IMG/VR virus record: IMGVR_UViG_3300047494_000107 | Coordinates: 46,534 to 110,533 of that record | From: a virus | DNA: 64,000 nt | Reading direction: 5' to 3' (one strand) | Part shown: one piece after another, positions 1-10,393 of the stretch | How positions within the stretch are numbered: the stretch's first letter is position 1 | Layout of the letters: each line of letters opens with the position of its first letter | The notes under the pieces: generated by a model | Told to the model about the DNA's origin: nothing | Seen by the model: only the letters and a program-made list of their open reading frames with translations | Databases searched by the model: none | Position numbers and translations under genes: made by a program

Positions 1-1
1 C

Positions 2-2185
2 GCGATCGGAGGTGGTTCTGGCGGCGGGAGCGGTGGGGGTGGCGCGCGAGCAAGAGGCAGTCGCGCAAGCCCCGCAGCATCAGCGGGTGGCCCTGCAAGC
101 GCATATCGTTACGGCGCTATGGCGAACGGTCTTGCTCCAGGTATGGGCGGCTTCAACGCGGCTGGTTCGCTAGGACGAGGCCGTAGCTTCACGCCACGCG
201 GTATGACTGCGGGAGCGCCGCTCGGGACAGGTGGCGGAGGTCGAGGAGGCACCCCGACGACGCGATCCTTCGGCGGTGGCGGAGGCTGGGGCTGGGGAGG
301 GGGTGGCGGTCTAGGCGCTGGCGCCAGCATGGTAGCCCGATACGCTGGTATGGGTGAGGCTGCGGGGCTTATGCGCCTTGCAGGCGCCGGTCCTCTAGGC
401 GCCGTGGCGGGACTAGGCGTGGCGGCTGTCATGGGCCCCGAACTCCTCCATGGCATCGGCGGGTTCATCGTTGATAAGACGGACGTCTACCGGGATTACG
501 CGAAGGGTGTCGCCAACCTCGGAAATGCGGGCGGCTACGACTCGTCTATGCTGAACGGGATGTTCAGACCAGGCAGCGGACTACCGACAGGCTGGATGCG
601 CCAAACCGGTACGAGCGCCACCGACGCCGTGTCCAACTTGAACAAATACGGAATTGTTCAACGTAGCGCTCAAGGCGCCCACATGACAGCGGCGGCGCTC
701 GCGGGCATTCCGCTTATGCAGGGTACGTCGGGCATGGACCCGAGCACCATCATCGCTTACGCGCGTATGAGGGCTGGGCTTAGCGACGAACCGAACGTCG
801 CCATGGGTGGATCTGCGTTCGGTTACGGCATAGGCACGGACGACTCTGGCGACTACAAGACCGCAGGCGGAGGCAGCGCCGCTGGTCGCATCCTGGGGCG
901 GCTTGACACGGTGCTGAGCCGTGCTGTTGCGCAAGGTCTTGACCGCGCTACGGTCTTGCGATCAATCGACGCCAACATTCAGTATTCTGTTCGAAGCGGC
1001 GGCAACATCGTCGGCGGTCAAGCCGAGAGTTTCGTCAGCAGTATGATGAGTGGAAAATCGGCCGCGTCGCGATCAGGAACTCTTGCCGCGGATTTCCAGG
1101 CCGGCATTGGAAACTATCTTCAGGACCCCACCGCTAGCCCGACCTCGATGTTTTTCAGTACGGCTATGATCCGAAAATACTCAACCAGGGACGCGCTTAA
1201 AGCTCTGAACCCTGAAACTTACAACAGCATTATGGCTGACCCACCTAAGAGACAATTGCTGGAGGACCATCTTCGCCTAGCGGCAAACCCTGCGCAAGAC
1301 ACGACGTGGCCAGCAGTAATAGCTATGTACAGCGCCGCCGACCAAGCAACGGCGTTTGAGAGCGTGGCTAGTGGAATGCTGGGCGGCCTTGATACGCCGA
1401 TCGGGCGAGCACGCTACTCGACAATGACAAACACGAAACCCTTGGCGACCGCGCAGTACGTTACAACCCGCGGCCAGCGCAACAACAACCCACTGAACTT
1501 AACGTACGCGCCGGGCCAGGGCACGATAGGGCGCGACGGCAGGTTCGGTCGGTACTCGACCATGGAAGAAGGCGTCGCCGCAGCAGAGCGGCAGTTGCTG
1601 ATTGATCAAGACAAGTACGGTTTTCGTACGCTGGCAAGCCTTATCGGTGACCCAGATCACGGGTGGTCTCCCGCCAAAGACGGCAATGACGTACCCGGCA
1701 TTCTTGCCGACCTGAAGACCCTGTCTGGATACGGTCCGAACGACCCGATAAATATGCGCGATCCGGCCACGGCGCGAAAAGTCATCAACGCGATGGGTCG
1801 CCGTGAATCAGGGTTCAACGATCCGGCCGTCGTGAATCGTGGCGTTGCACAAGCGCTGGGTATTCCTGAGTCCGGTATTCCGACTGCCGCTGGGCCGGCT
1901 ACTCGTCAAAAGATCGCCATGTTCGACAACACAGCCTCTGGCGTCCGAAACACCGAAGCGCTGAACGGTCAAGCCGCCCTGTCGACGTCGGAGGACGCAT
2001 TCAAGAAGCTCTCGGCCGTCGCTGATTTGTCCAACACGGCGTCAATCGAGTTCGCTACGGCCACACGCAGCTTCGCCACGGCGGTCGACAAGCTCGTTGC
2101 CGCGGTCACGCCGATCATGGCGGGTAGAGCCGGCCGTGCTTATGGGCCTGGAGGCACTCCACTCGCCGAGCCGGGCAACCGCTAA
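2..2185 (+). CDS. Tail tape measure protein with C-terminal lysozyme-like domain (5' partial)
   Basis: Frame is open from position 2 with no stop before the ATG at 119; Gly/Ala-rich; RGQRNNNPLNL...GRFGRYSTMEEGV motif of phage virion muramidase-like domains; precedes hub gene. Confidence 0.75.
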   Translation, partial: AIGGGSGGGSGGGGARARGSRASPAASAGGPASAYRYGAMANGLAPGMGGFNAAGSLGRGRSFTPRGMTAGAPLGTGGGGRGGTPTTRSFGGGGGWGWGGGGGLGAGASMVARYAGMGEAAGLMRLAGAGPLGAVAGLGVAAVMGPELLHGIGGFIVDKTDVYRDYAKGVANLGNAGGYDSSMLNGMFRPGSGLPTGWMRQTGTSATDAVSNLNKYGIVQRSAQGAHMTAAALAGIPLMQGTSGMDPSTIIAYARMRAGLSDEPNVAMGGSAFGYGIGTDDSGDYKTAGGGSAAGRILGRLDTVLSRAVAQGLDRATVLRSIDANIQYSVRSGGNIVGGQAESFVSSMMSGKSAASRSGTLAADFQAGIGNYLQDPTASPTSMFFSTAMIRKYSTRDALKALNPETYNSIMADPPKRQLLEDHLRLAANPAQDTTWPAVIAMYSAADQATAFESVASGMLGGLDTPIGRARYSTMTNTKPLATAQYVTTRGQRNNNPLNLTYAPGQGTIGRDGRFGRYSTMEEGVAAAERQLLIDQDKYGFRTLASLIGDPDHGWSPAKDGNDVPGILADLKTLSGYGPNDPINMRDPATARKVINAMGRRESGFNDPAVVNRGVAQALGIPESGIPTAAGPATRQKIAMFDNTASGVRNTEALNGQAALSTSEDAFKKLSAVADLSNTASIEFATATRSFATAVDKLVAAVTPIMAGRAGRAYGPGGTPLAEPGNR

Positions 2186-3825
2186 TGATCAGCATCTCCC
2201 AATGCTTCATCGAGGTATACCCGTTCGAAGGCACGCCCTACGCCATCTCCTCGCCGAACATCCTCGCCGTCACAACCTCACGCAACATCCGCGAACCGGC
2301 TGGGTCTTTCTCTTTGTCATTGCGACCTGGCGGTCCTGGCGGTGTCGACGCCATCCCAACGTGGACACAAATCATCACGCCGATGTCGCTCGTGCTGATC
2401 GGCATGCGGCGCGGTACGCATTCTCAGATCGTCATGATTGGTCTCGTGAGCGCTACGGCCGAAGACCAGGTTTGGCAGACGGGACGCGGCGCTCAGCGCG
2501 CCACGGTCGTCTCAGGCGGCGACTTTGGCTACTACTTCTCGCTGATGAACTACTACAGCTTGGGCTTCCTGGGCATGACAGCCGGCGCCGTGGCAGGAGA
2601 GGGGAGCCTGCTTCATACCGCAGTGGCTTTCCCGTCCATCTTGACCGGCAACGCCTACCAGTTCGGGCCGCCAGATCAGATTGGGCTGGCGTTCTACAAC
2701 AACATCATGGTCGGGCCTGACGGGCTTCTGGCCAACAGCTTCGTGCCGTACCAGAACAACGCGCGCATCCACATACGCGACGTGATCGGGACCTTCGTCG
2801 AGAAGTTCTACGACCTGATTATCCCCAACAACTCTGTCTTCATCACGACGGAAGGGTCGTGGCTGTCCAAGTTCTTCAACCTGTTCATGTTCCCGGTCTA
2901 CGAGTTTTTCGTCACGACAGCGCCGCTGAACTACTACGGGACAGCGTCAGGGCAAAGCGCCGGCTACTCTTTCACGATGAAGAGCATGCCCGAGGCAAAG
3001 GCTAGCGCGCCTGTCATGGTGGCACGGCTCAACCCGACACCGACGTTCACGACGACCTCCAACGGGTTCAACCAGGCGTTCAAATTGACCGGCATGGACA
3101 TGTCACGCTGGAGTGCTCTGCCGGTGTTCACGCCGGAAGCCGGGTTCATTCAGTCGCATGTCGGGTTCTCCATGGACGAGGTGCGCAACTTCTACATCTT
3201 GAACCCTGTCGCCATGCGCAGCCTGACCGGCGACACGAACACCCAGACGAACATATTCGCATTTTCGACCTACGGCATGGTCGACCCAGCGAGCGTGGTG
3301 CGGTACGGCTATAGGCCAGAGATCACGGCGACAGACTACTTCTCTGATCCGAACGGTTTGTACGCCCAAAAGGGCACCGTCGATGCGTCGCAGACCTTGT
3401 CCGTTATCTTGGCGCGAATTGCGGCGCACTACCACCCGACGCAGTTCATGGCACGGGCCGAAGTGACGCTGCCGCTGAGGCCAGACATCATGATCGGCAA
3501 TGTGTTTCGCTACGCGCCGTTCAAGGGGCAGCCGACGTGGGACTTCTACATCGAAGGCATTTCGCACGTCTTTGACTTTGAACACGCGCAATCGGTGACG
3601 ACGTTGAACCTGTCCCGCGGTCTTCCGTCGTCGATCTACGCTGACAGTTCAAGCGCTGGGCTGTTGATGAGCGTCCACACGGGGAACGCGCAGAGAGTCG
3701 ACGGAGTCTACGAGGCGGGGCTGCCGGCTGGAACAGGCCCCGCTCTTGAGTCATTCACACCCGGACCGCAGATCAATCAGTTCCTGGGGCAGATCTCCCC
3801 AGGTTTCACACAGCCGCAGTTTTAG
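2185..3825 (+). CDS. Baseplate hub protein (gp27/gp44-like)
   Basis: 546 aa, TAATG overlap with tape measure; AGSFSLSL, VSGGDFG and LRPDIMIG...FYIEGISHVF...TTLNLSRG segments typical of hub proteins. Confidence 0.7.
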   Translation: MISISQCFIEVYPFEGTPYAISSPNILAVTTSRNIREPAGSFSLSLRPGGPGGVDAIPTWTQIITPMSLVLIGMRRGTHSQIVMIGLVSATAEDQVWQTGRGAQRATVVSGGDFGYYFSLMNYYSLGFLGMTAGAVAGEGSLLHTAVAFPSILTGNAYQFGPPDQIGLAFYNNIMVGPDGLLANSFVPYQNNARIHIRDVIGTFVEKFYDLIIPNNSVFITTEGSWLSKFFNLFMFPVYEFFVTTAPLNYYGTASGQSAGYSFTMKSMPEAKASAPVMVARLNPTPTFTTTSNGFNQAFKLTGMDMSRWSALPVFTPEAGFIQSHVGFSMDEVRNFYILNPVAMRSLTGDTNTQTNIFAFSTYGMVDPASVVRYGYRPEITATDYFSDPNGLYAQKGTVDASQTLSVILARIAAHYHPTQFMARAEVTLPLRPDIMIGNVFRYAPFKGQPTWDFYIEGISHVFDFEHAQSVTTLNLSRGLPSSIYADSSSAGLLMSVHTGNAQRVDGVYEAGLPAGTGPALESFTPGPQINQFLGQISPGFTQPQF

Positions 3826-4166
3826 AAGTGCGTCGTACCGTCAGGGTCGATCGTCTCACCATCGACAGGCGGTGTTGAGTCGGGGGACGACGTGGTTGCC
3901 GGCGCCGACCCAGGTTTCGTGTCGTCGGTCTTAAGCGTGATGTGTGTGTTCGGGAACAGGTCGCGCAGGGCGTAGCAGCGATGGTCGACGATCTGAAGAT
4001 GCGCCTTGGTTGCCTTTTCGGAATTGACTTTGTAGTATTTGTCGCACTCGACAACCGTCATGAGCGTCGGCTGTTCCACGCTGGCGACGTGGCAGGTTGC
4101 GGCTGAGGGGGCTTGACCCGCCGCGCAGACTGTCATCAGAAGTCCGAAGATCGTAGGCGCCGCCAT
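3822..4166 (-). CDS. Hypothetical exported protein with 4 Cys
   Basis: 114 aa; hydrophobic N-terminus and paired cysteines. Confidence 0.5.
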   Translation of the reverse strand: MAAPTIFGLLMTVCAAGQAPSAATCHVASVEQPTLMTVVECDKYYKVNSEKATKAHLQIVDHRCYALRDLFPNTHITLKTDDTKPGSAPATTSSPDSTPPVDGETIDPDGTTHF

Positions 4167-4167
4167 G

Positions 4168-4434
4168 TCAGGTATCCTTCTGGGTTGAAAGTCGGTTCAG
4201 TTTTCGCTCGTCACGCTGGAAACCCGCCACGCTGAGCAGGATGGCGGGGTCCATGGCCAAGGCCGTCGCCATGTCGGCAAAGAAAGTGTCATGCGGGACG
4301 CGCTTGCCGGCGACGACGATGGATATGTACGCAGGGCTTTTGCACATCACTTGCGCCAGCTTTGACTGGTTCCAGCCAAGCTCGGCGAGGCGCGTTCGGA
4401 TGACGTGGCCGATCGTAGGCATGTAGCCGTTCAT
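4168..4434 (-). CDS. XRE/Cro-C1 family HTH regulator
   Basis: IRTRLAELGWNQSKLAQVMCKSPAYISIVVAGKRVP HTH signature. Confidence 0.85.
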   Translation of the reverse strand: MNGYMPTIGHVIRTRLAELGWNQSKLAQVMCKSPAYISIVVAGKRVPHDTFFADMATALAMDPAILLSVAGFQRDERKLNRLSTQKDT

Positions 4435-4754
4435 TCGTTGTCACCGTTTTCAAGATACTCGCAGTGGAAATGCTCGTCGTCTCCTTCGACGCCCCAGACC
4501 ATGACACAGGGGCCGTTCACGTCGTCAATCAGGTCGGCGTGGTGGAATATCAGGCTGGACGGTTTTCCCAGACCCCAGAGGGTTCGAATGTCTGCAATCG
4601 TCCTCTCGACGATGTCGTCCAACGGGACAGGCCCTTTCCAGGCCAGCGAAATAGGGCCTTCGTATCTCGGGTATCGCTCTTTGGCTTTAAGCATGGTGAT
4701 TTCGTCCGTGATGTCGACGGGGTCCAACGCGACGTATCCGAGTTTGTCTGTCAC
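4431..4754 (-). CDS. Hypothetical protein
   Basis: Probable GTG start overlapping the upstream stop; stop overlaps the HTH gene start. Confidence 0.45.
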   Translation of the reverse strand: MTDKLGYVALDPVDITDEITMLKAKERYPRYEGPISLAWKGPVPLDDIVERTIADIRTLWGLGKPSSLIFHHADLIDDVNGPCVMVWGVEGDDEHFHCEYLENGDNE

Positions 4755-5079
4755 AGGAACCATCTCGCCAAACTGGCAAGTGCTAGCAGCCCGATTACGC
4801 AGAAGCCATGAACCACCCCGTTGCAAGCGGGACAGTCTTCAAACGGCCAATGGATAAACCAGGGGCAGCCACAGTCTCGCTTGCGGCTCTGAGCACCCTC
4901 GCCGTCATTCGACATCAACACAGTCCTCCGGTGAATACGCCTCGCAAGCCAGATCCAGCTTAGCGAAAGCGCCGGGCAGGCCGCAGTCGCCGACCTTCCC
5001 GTTAGTTGCTCGGACAAGAGACCAACGCGCCAGGACTTCCTCGGCAGCGTCAAGTAGCTTGGCTTCTCGGTTGGCTGGC

Positions 5080-5310
5080 TCAGAGATCTGAAGCCTCCAT
5101 CCGGTCTAACGCACGTGTCAGGTTCGCCGTCATGTAGCCCACCACAGATTCGGCATTCAAATTCATTCCGTGAAGCGTACCGTCTACGTATAGATGAAAC
5201 CGCACACCCCTTTCCGGGTGGTTTTTCCACGTGAAAGCCGAGACCTTGAAGGACTCACCGAGGATTGTGCCTTCGGCTACGTCAGTCTCATGCACGTCAG
5301 ACACGCTCAA
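5080..5310 (-). CDS. Hypothetical protein
   Basis: 76 aa with GAGGAGG RBS, in a minus-strand operon. Confidence 0.5.
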   Translation of the reverse strand: MSVSDVHETDVAEGTILGESFKVSAFTWKNHPERGVRFHLYVDGTLHGMNLNAESVVGYMTANLTRALDRMEASDL

Positions 5311-5848
5311 CCCTCCTCGTGATCTCCTGAACAGAAAACGGAAGGCCGCCGGTCAAGTGCCCAGCCGTCACAGCATCATGAATCGTGTCCATGACGGCGA
5401 TGCACTGTGCATTGCGATAGAGCGCGAACTTGCCGGTATAGTTCGGCTCTAGCCTGTCAAGGTCGGCGAGGAACGCCTTGTGGTTAGCGTCGACCTCAGT
5501 CTGCTGCGCCTTCGCCTCGTCAACCGCGGTATCGCGCCGCCAACCAAACGGCAAGAGATCGGCGTGCGGCACGGGCTCGCCGGCTGCAGCCGCGGCTAAG
5601 TTGTCCAGCAGTTTGGTGATTTGATGCTGGCCCGGCTCATCGGGCTTCATCTGCCAGTAGCCGAGCAAGTCGGCGAGAAAGCCTACTGCTTGATACACCT
5701 CGGCGCAGACGTCTTGCGCGTCGGACAGAGTGGCGACATGTGTCGGCCACGGGCTTATCCGGCTGTACGGCTGGGACCTGATGTCACGGTAAGCTGTATC
5801 ACCCAAGCGGGCGTCTCCTCGCAGCGTCTCGCTACAAGGTGTCAACAT
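5297..5848 (-). CDS. Hypothetical protein (start uncertain)
   Basis: 183 aa ORF with TTGACA hexamers around its 5' end. Confidence 0.45.
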   Translation of the reverse strand: MLTPCSETLRGDARLGDTAYRDIRSQPYSRISPWPTHVATLSDAQDVCAEVYQAVGFLADLLGYWQMKPDEPGQHQITKLLDNLAAAAAGEPVPHADLLPFGWRRDTAVDEAKAQQTEVDANHKAFLADLDRLEPNYTGKFALYRNAQCIAVMDTIHDAVTAGHLTGGLPFSVQEITRRVERV

Positions 5849-5884
5849 CCCCCAGGTGTGTCAAGCGGATTGTATCAAGGCAGA

Positions 5885-7099
5885 TTAGCCGACCCACTCT
5901 ATGATACACAGACCGTCAGCGCCGTTGCCGCCTCCGTAGCCGTTGCCGCCCGCGCCGTTGCCGCCCATGCCGGGGTAATTTCCGGGCGAGCCTGCGCCGC
6001 CCAAGTTACCTGTTCGGCCGCCGCTGCAGAACGACCCGCCGCCCACGCCACCTACGATAGCACCTGCAGCTATTCCAATGGAGAACCCGCCGAAGTTGCC
6101 GGTAAAGGCCAGACCGCCTGTGGCCGAACCTGGCGTTCCTCCCGAGTTCCCGTTGCCTGCCCCCGCGCCACCACCATAAGCGATGAGCGTCCCAAACACG
6201 GACGCGTTTCCGGCCGCACCATTCGCAGCCGCTCCGCCGCCCGCGCCGCCCGCGCCCACCGAGAAGCTCAGCACCTGCCCCGACGACACGGTGATGATGT
6301 TCTCAACATAACCAGCGCCTCCGCCACCCGTGCCACCCGCCGCCGAGCCGCCGCCACCACCGCCGCCACCGCCGCCCCAAAGTCTGATTTTTGCGTAATT
6401 TACGCCTGCTGGGACGGTCTGCGTACTACTGCCCGGCCCGAAAATGAGCAGTGCTTTCGGAACCGCGGAGAAAGTCGGACGACCGTCCGCGTCAACGGTT
6501 ACCAGACTGCTGGCATATGTCCCCGACGGAATATCAAGCTGAGCCCCGGCACGAACTTGGAAGGCTGTGGAGAAGTTCGTAACCGTCGTACTGCCGTGTG
6601 TGAGCGTCCCTCGCGCAATCTCCAGACTGCCGGCCGGCGTCGTCGTACCAACGTTCAGCGAAAAGCTATCGACCACATTCGAATACGCCACGTATGGTAT
6701 GAAGTTAGGGTCATACGAAGGGTGCCCCTGGGGCGGTCCGATCACCGTGAACGGACCTTGCTGCACCGTGGTCGGCGTCGCGTACCAATAGACGCTCAGC
6801 GTCCCACTACTCGGCACCAGCGACGTCGCGTTCACGACGTAGGTCTGCGTGTCCGACCCGTTCGTCGCCCCGTGCGCGCGAGCGGCGAAGTCTCCGTAGA
6901 TCATCTCAAACGGCGCCGGGAATGTGGCCGTCAACGTCAACCCGCTGAAATTGTAAGTCGCGACACTCTGGTTTAGGAGCCCAATCTTGTTGGACCCGCG
7001 CTGCCGTTCAGCGATCGACGCCGTGACGGCTTGAAAAGCGGCGTCAAGCACAACGGACGAGACGTATTGTTTATTTGAGAAGTTCGGTGTCGACGACAT
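5885..7099 (-). CDS. Tail fibre protein with glycine-rich C-terminal domain
   Basis: Follows baseplate J/I; TVPAGVNYAKIRLWGGGGGGGGG...GGNGADGLCIIEW glycine-rich fibre domain. Confidence 0.8.
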   Translation of the reverse strand: MSSTPNFSNKQYVSSVVLDAAFQAVTASIAERQRGSNKIGLLNQSVATYNFSGLTLTATFPAPFEMIYGDFAARAHGATNGSDTQTYVVNATSLVPSSGTLSVYWYATPTTVQQGPFTVIGPPQGHPSYDPNFIPYVAYSNVVDSFSLNVGTTTPAGSLEIARGTLTHGSTTVTNFSTAFQVRAGAQLDIPSGTYASSLVTVDADGRPTFSAVPKALLIFGPGSSTQTVPAGVNYAKIRLWGGGGGGGGGGSAAGGTGGGGAGYVENIITVSSGQVLSFSVGAGGAGGGAAANGAAGNASVFGTLIAYGGGAGAGNGNSGGTPGSATGGLAFTGNFGGFSIGIAAGAIVGGVGGGSFCSGGRTGNLGGAGSPGNYPGMGGNGAGGNGYGGGNGADGLCIIEWVG

Positions 7100-7109
7100 A
7101 AGGCACCTG

Positions 7110-7751
7110 CTAGCTAGAAGGATTCAAACCTGGGTCAGTCAAGTAGATGTCAGGCAAAAGCGGCTGCGCGTTCTGCGTCGACGCCGACACCACGAGAGGA
7201 ACAGCCGTCACACTGTCGTCGAGGTAGCTGCCTTCGACGCGATGCGTGTCGGTGTAGTTGATAGTATCCAGGAACAAACCGCCGTCTTGTTGCACTAGGT
7301 TGAACGGGACACCGGCTGGCCGGATACGAGAGAGGCTCACGACGAAAGCGTTGATCGCCGCTGTTGTTACACCGTTCGGAAGCGTGATCGTATAGCCTAC
7401 CGGCGTCCTATCCGAGACGGTTACCGGCTGGCCGAAAACGAACTGACCCCAGATCTCAATGGCCGGCGTTGTGCCGACAAAAGCCAAAACCGTGGCGACG
7501 ATACGCGTTGAATACGAGCTGTCAGCTTCGTTCTGCGCCCGCTGAATACCGAGCAGCAATCCCCACACGTCTAGCCAACCCCACTGGGCGCTCGAAAACG
7601 AGTTGATCTGAGCGGCGATCATGTCAGCGCTGCTCGTGAAGTCCGCCGCCGGCACCGCTGATGTATCCGACAACTGCGCGAACGTCGTGCCTGGGCGAAG
7701 ATAGGTCGCCGGCTGGTCCGCCAGTTGTTTCAGGACATCAAAGAAGTTCAC
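7110..7751 (-). CDS. Baseplate wedge subunit (gpI-like)
   Basis: WLDVWGLLLGIQRAQNEADSSYSTRI and RIRPAGV motifs; GTG start overlaps the J stop. Confidence 0.75.
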   Translation of the reverse strand: MNFFDVLKQLADQPATYLRPGTTFAQLSDTSAVPAADFTSSADMIAAQINSFSSAQWGWLDVWGLLLGIQRAQNEADSSYSTRIVATVLAFVGTTPAIEIWGQFVFGQPVTVSDRTPVGYTITLPNGVTTAAINAFVVSLSRIRPAGVPFNLVQQDGGLFLDTINYTDTHRVEGSYLDDSVTAVPLVVSASTQNAQPLLPDIYLTDPGLNPSS

Positions 7752-8911
7752 GAGACGGAGACCGTGAGCGTGCTGAGAATGACGCGGTTTGGCGGCCCGC
7801 ACGTGATACTCGGCACGGACGAGCCGCCGCTCGCGTAGGTCAGCGACACCGTGAGGGACGAGAAATACCCAAGGCCAGCGTCAGCCGCCGCTGCGGCGAT
7901 CTGTGATTGAGCGGCGGTGTTCGTAATCTGCAAGGCGGCAAAATAGTTCTGCACCTGCGTCTGCACCGCGACCGCAACCTGAGACGGCGACGCGCTCGGC
8001 AGAAGGGTTCCCGTCACGCCAACGTTCGCGTAGATAGGCGTAACCCCGCTCACGGTGTACGGGACACCGGCTGGACGGTACCCCGACGTGTTTGTCGCCG
8101 CGCTCCCAAGCAGATAGGCCGCGCAGGCGCTTATCAGGTCCGGCTGAGCGCCGCCCGACCCGTCATCAATGAAGACAGTGAATCCTGCTGTGCCGCTGCC
8201 CGATCCAGACCCTGCGGTGATCCAAGGCTCCCAGCATGACGCGAACTGACAGACCGTGCCGCCTGACCCTCTGACACCCACGCACGCGTTCGCCACAGCC
8301 GTTGGCGAGCAAAGGCCGAGTTTGGCCTGCGCCGCGGCTAGGCGGGCTAGCGTGACGCTTGGCGCCTCTGCCGACGCCCCGTTCGTGATCGGCGCCGCGT
8401 TGTTCACGTAGAGCGGGTAGCCGATGTTGCTCAGAATTTGCGTGACGGAATCAGCTGGCGCGTTGCCTGCCGCTCCGCCGATGAGCGCGGAGATCGACGC
8501 TGTGGCACCCGTGCCGCCGACAGATATCGTCGTGTCGATCGTCGTCTGATATTGCGCGCCGCCCGCCGTGGCGACGATTGTGCCGGACGGAATGTCGATG
8601 TCTTGCGACGCGGCCGGCGGCGAACTCGTGAACGACGTCGCGAACGTCACGCTTCCTGTAGCTTGCTGCGCGGGGTAAGCGGCGATCCCATACGCGGACG
8701 CAGACCCATACGCGAGGGCTTTCACGGCTTGTGCGGTCGTCGCAACACCTTCAAAGTCAAGCACACTACCGAACGCTTCGGCCATGGTGCGCACTTGCGA
8801 CCCAACGTTGTAGTCGGTCGGCTGGCCACTGAGCGCCGCAATGGTCGTGAGAGTACGCTGAGCGACGCTTGCGGTTGTCGGAGGCGCTGCGAGAGATGTC
8901 GTGCCAGACAT
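7748..8911 (-). CDS. Baseplate J/gp47 family protein
   Basis: TDYNVGSQVRTMAEA, ATGSVTF, IPSGTIV, GAAGN, NGASAE and YRPAGV motifs. Confidence 0.9.
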   Translation of the reverse strand: MSGTTSLAAPPTTASVAQRTLTTIAALSGQPTDYNVGSQVRTMAEAFGSVLDFEGVATTAQAVKALAYGSASAYGIAAYPAQQATGSVTFATSFTSSPPAASQDIDIPSGTIVATAGGAQYQTTIDTTISVGGTGATASISALIGGAAGNAPADSVTQILSNIGYPLYVNNAAPITNGASAEAPSVTLARLAAAQAKLGLCSPTAVANACVGVRGSGGTVCQFASCWEPWITAGSGSGSGTAGFTVFIDDGSGGAQPDLISACAAYLLGSAATNTSGYRPAGVPYTVSGVTPIYANVGVTGTLLPSASPSQVAVAVQTQVQNYFAALQITNTAAQSQIAAAAADAGLGYFSSLTVSLTYASGGSSVPSITCGPPNRVILSTLTVSVS

Positions 8912-8929
8912 GAGACTGTTCCTGGTGGG

Positions 8930-10393
8930 CTAGCCCGGTCCTACCGGGGTAAATGTCTGGTTCACGCTGATCGGCTGCGTACCAAAGCCGACTGGCTGGA
9001 CCGTGGCGCTGAAGGTGACCAGCGAATTGCCGCCGCTTGGCGCCGTGGCTGTCGCTGATACGACGCTGCTGACACGACCGTCGCTCAGCAGGGCGGACTC
9101 TCCATATGCGGAGATACGCTGCAGCTCGTACGCCGCCTGCACGCTGCCGACTTCTGGCGGTATCCGCGAGCCGAACTGCGTATGGTAGATCAGGTCGCCG
9201 ATCGTCGTTTGGAGGCGACGCCCGAGCGAGAACGCCAGATTGGCGTAGCCTGTGATCGTCTGAAAATCGCCCGTCCATGGCGGCATCGGCGCGTTCATCG
9301 GGCCGAGATAGATGTCGACACCGAGAATGTCGGTCACGTAGGACGGCACCGGATAGCCAGCGACATAGTTGCTGCCAAACGACGGCGGCAGAAGGATGTC
9401 GTTGCCATAGTTCGCGATCGTCGTGCTGTCCGGCGCATACCCCGTCCAAGGCGCTGACAGTCCGTTCAGGGCGGCGATGTTCGACCACTGGCTGTAATCG
9501 CCGAGATTACGGGCGGCAACGTCCATCAGACTGTCGTTCGTGCGCACCTGCGCGAGGTTGATCGTGCTGGACACGGACTTGCGCAGCGTCAACAGAAGGA
9601 GCGCCAAGTTGTCGGCCAGCAAGCCGAGCGTGTGCTTGATCGCGCCACATTCCTGGTTGATGAAGACGTGCGGCGGCGAGAACAGGAGGCTTGCCAATGT
9701 CGTGAGCGTCGGCAGCGACACCATCTGATTCCAGAGAGTTGACGGGTCGCTGGCGCCCAGGACGTCCCGAGAATCGAACGGCCCCGATTGCAGGCTGGCC
9801 AAGCCGTTTGCGATATACGCAGACGAGGCCAGCATCCTCGCGGGGGCGTCTTGCGCCTGCGTGGCACCCATGCCTTGGACCGTCACCACCGCGTCGAACA
9901 CTTCCTGCCACGCAGCAACTTCGGCGTTGGCGTTTGCAACCAGACTAGCTGCGGTCAAGCCACTCGGGACAGCCTCGTAGGCGGATTGCAGCCAAGATTC
10001 GATGAGGCTGCCATAGGCAATGCACGGCTGGCTGGCCGTTAGGAGCGCGATAGCGTTCGTGGGTGTGGCAGCCGGTATGGCATAGGCGATGCCGGCTATT
10101 GCGGCTTCGAGCGCGGCGATGCGCGCATCGAACAGGATCTGCGTGGGCGTTGACAGCGACAGGTCAAGCGCCTGCGTCTCATTCAGGAAAATGAGTTCAC
10201 CCTGCCACGCGTTCTGAGTTTGCCACGCCTGTATGGCGTACATGCCGTTACGAAGAGACGTATAAACCGCCTGTATGGCGCTCGCGGAGTTGATGGGGTT
10301 GGTTGTGTCAAGAGTCGACGACAGCCACTGGACCGCGGCGTAGCAACAACCCCAGACCGCTCCAGGATAGCCGATGTAAGCGCGACTGCTCAC
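8930..10393 (-). CDS. Baseplate protein: helical N-terminus, LysM-like domain and gp25/gpW-like C-terminus
   Basis: VRTNDSLMDVAARNLGDYSQWSNIAALNGL (LysM); GYANLAFSLGRRLQTTIGDLIYHTQFGS...LLSDGRV (gp25-like); upstream of J. Confidence 0.7.
   Translation of the reverse strand: MSSRAYIGYPGAVWGCCYAAVQWLSSTLDTTNPINSASAIQAVYTSLRNGMYAIQAWQTQNAWQGELIFLNETQALDLSLSTPTQILFDARIAALEAAIAGIAYAIPAATPTNAIALLTASQPCIAYGSLIESWLQSAYEAVPSGLTAASLVANANAEVAAWQEVFDAVVTVQGMGATQAQDAPARMLASSAYIANGLASLQSGPFDSRDVLGASDPSTLWNQMVSLPTLTTLASLLFSPPHVFINQECGAIKHTLGLLADNLALLLLTLRKSVSSTINLAQVRTNDSLMDVAARNLGDYSQWSNIAALNGLSAPWTGYAPDSTTIANYGNDILLPPSFGSNYVAGYPVPSYVTDILGVDIYLGPMNAPMPPWTGDFQTITGYANLAFSLGRRLQTTIGDLIYHTQFGSRIPPEVGSVQAAYELQRISAYGESALLSDGRVSSVVSATATAPSGGNSLVTFSATVQPVGFGTQPISVNQTFTPVGPG

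Noticed and set aside
5621-6976. 451-aa plus-strand ORF and similar long antisense ORFs (e.g. 47378-48322, 8766-9488)
   Set aside because: Shadow frames of well-supported GC-rich genes, with Arg/Pro-rich composition and no motifs
5885-7099. Diversity-generating retroelement or invertible tail-fibre cassette
   Set aside because: No reverse transcriptase, template/variable repeat pair or invertase seen
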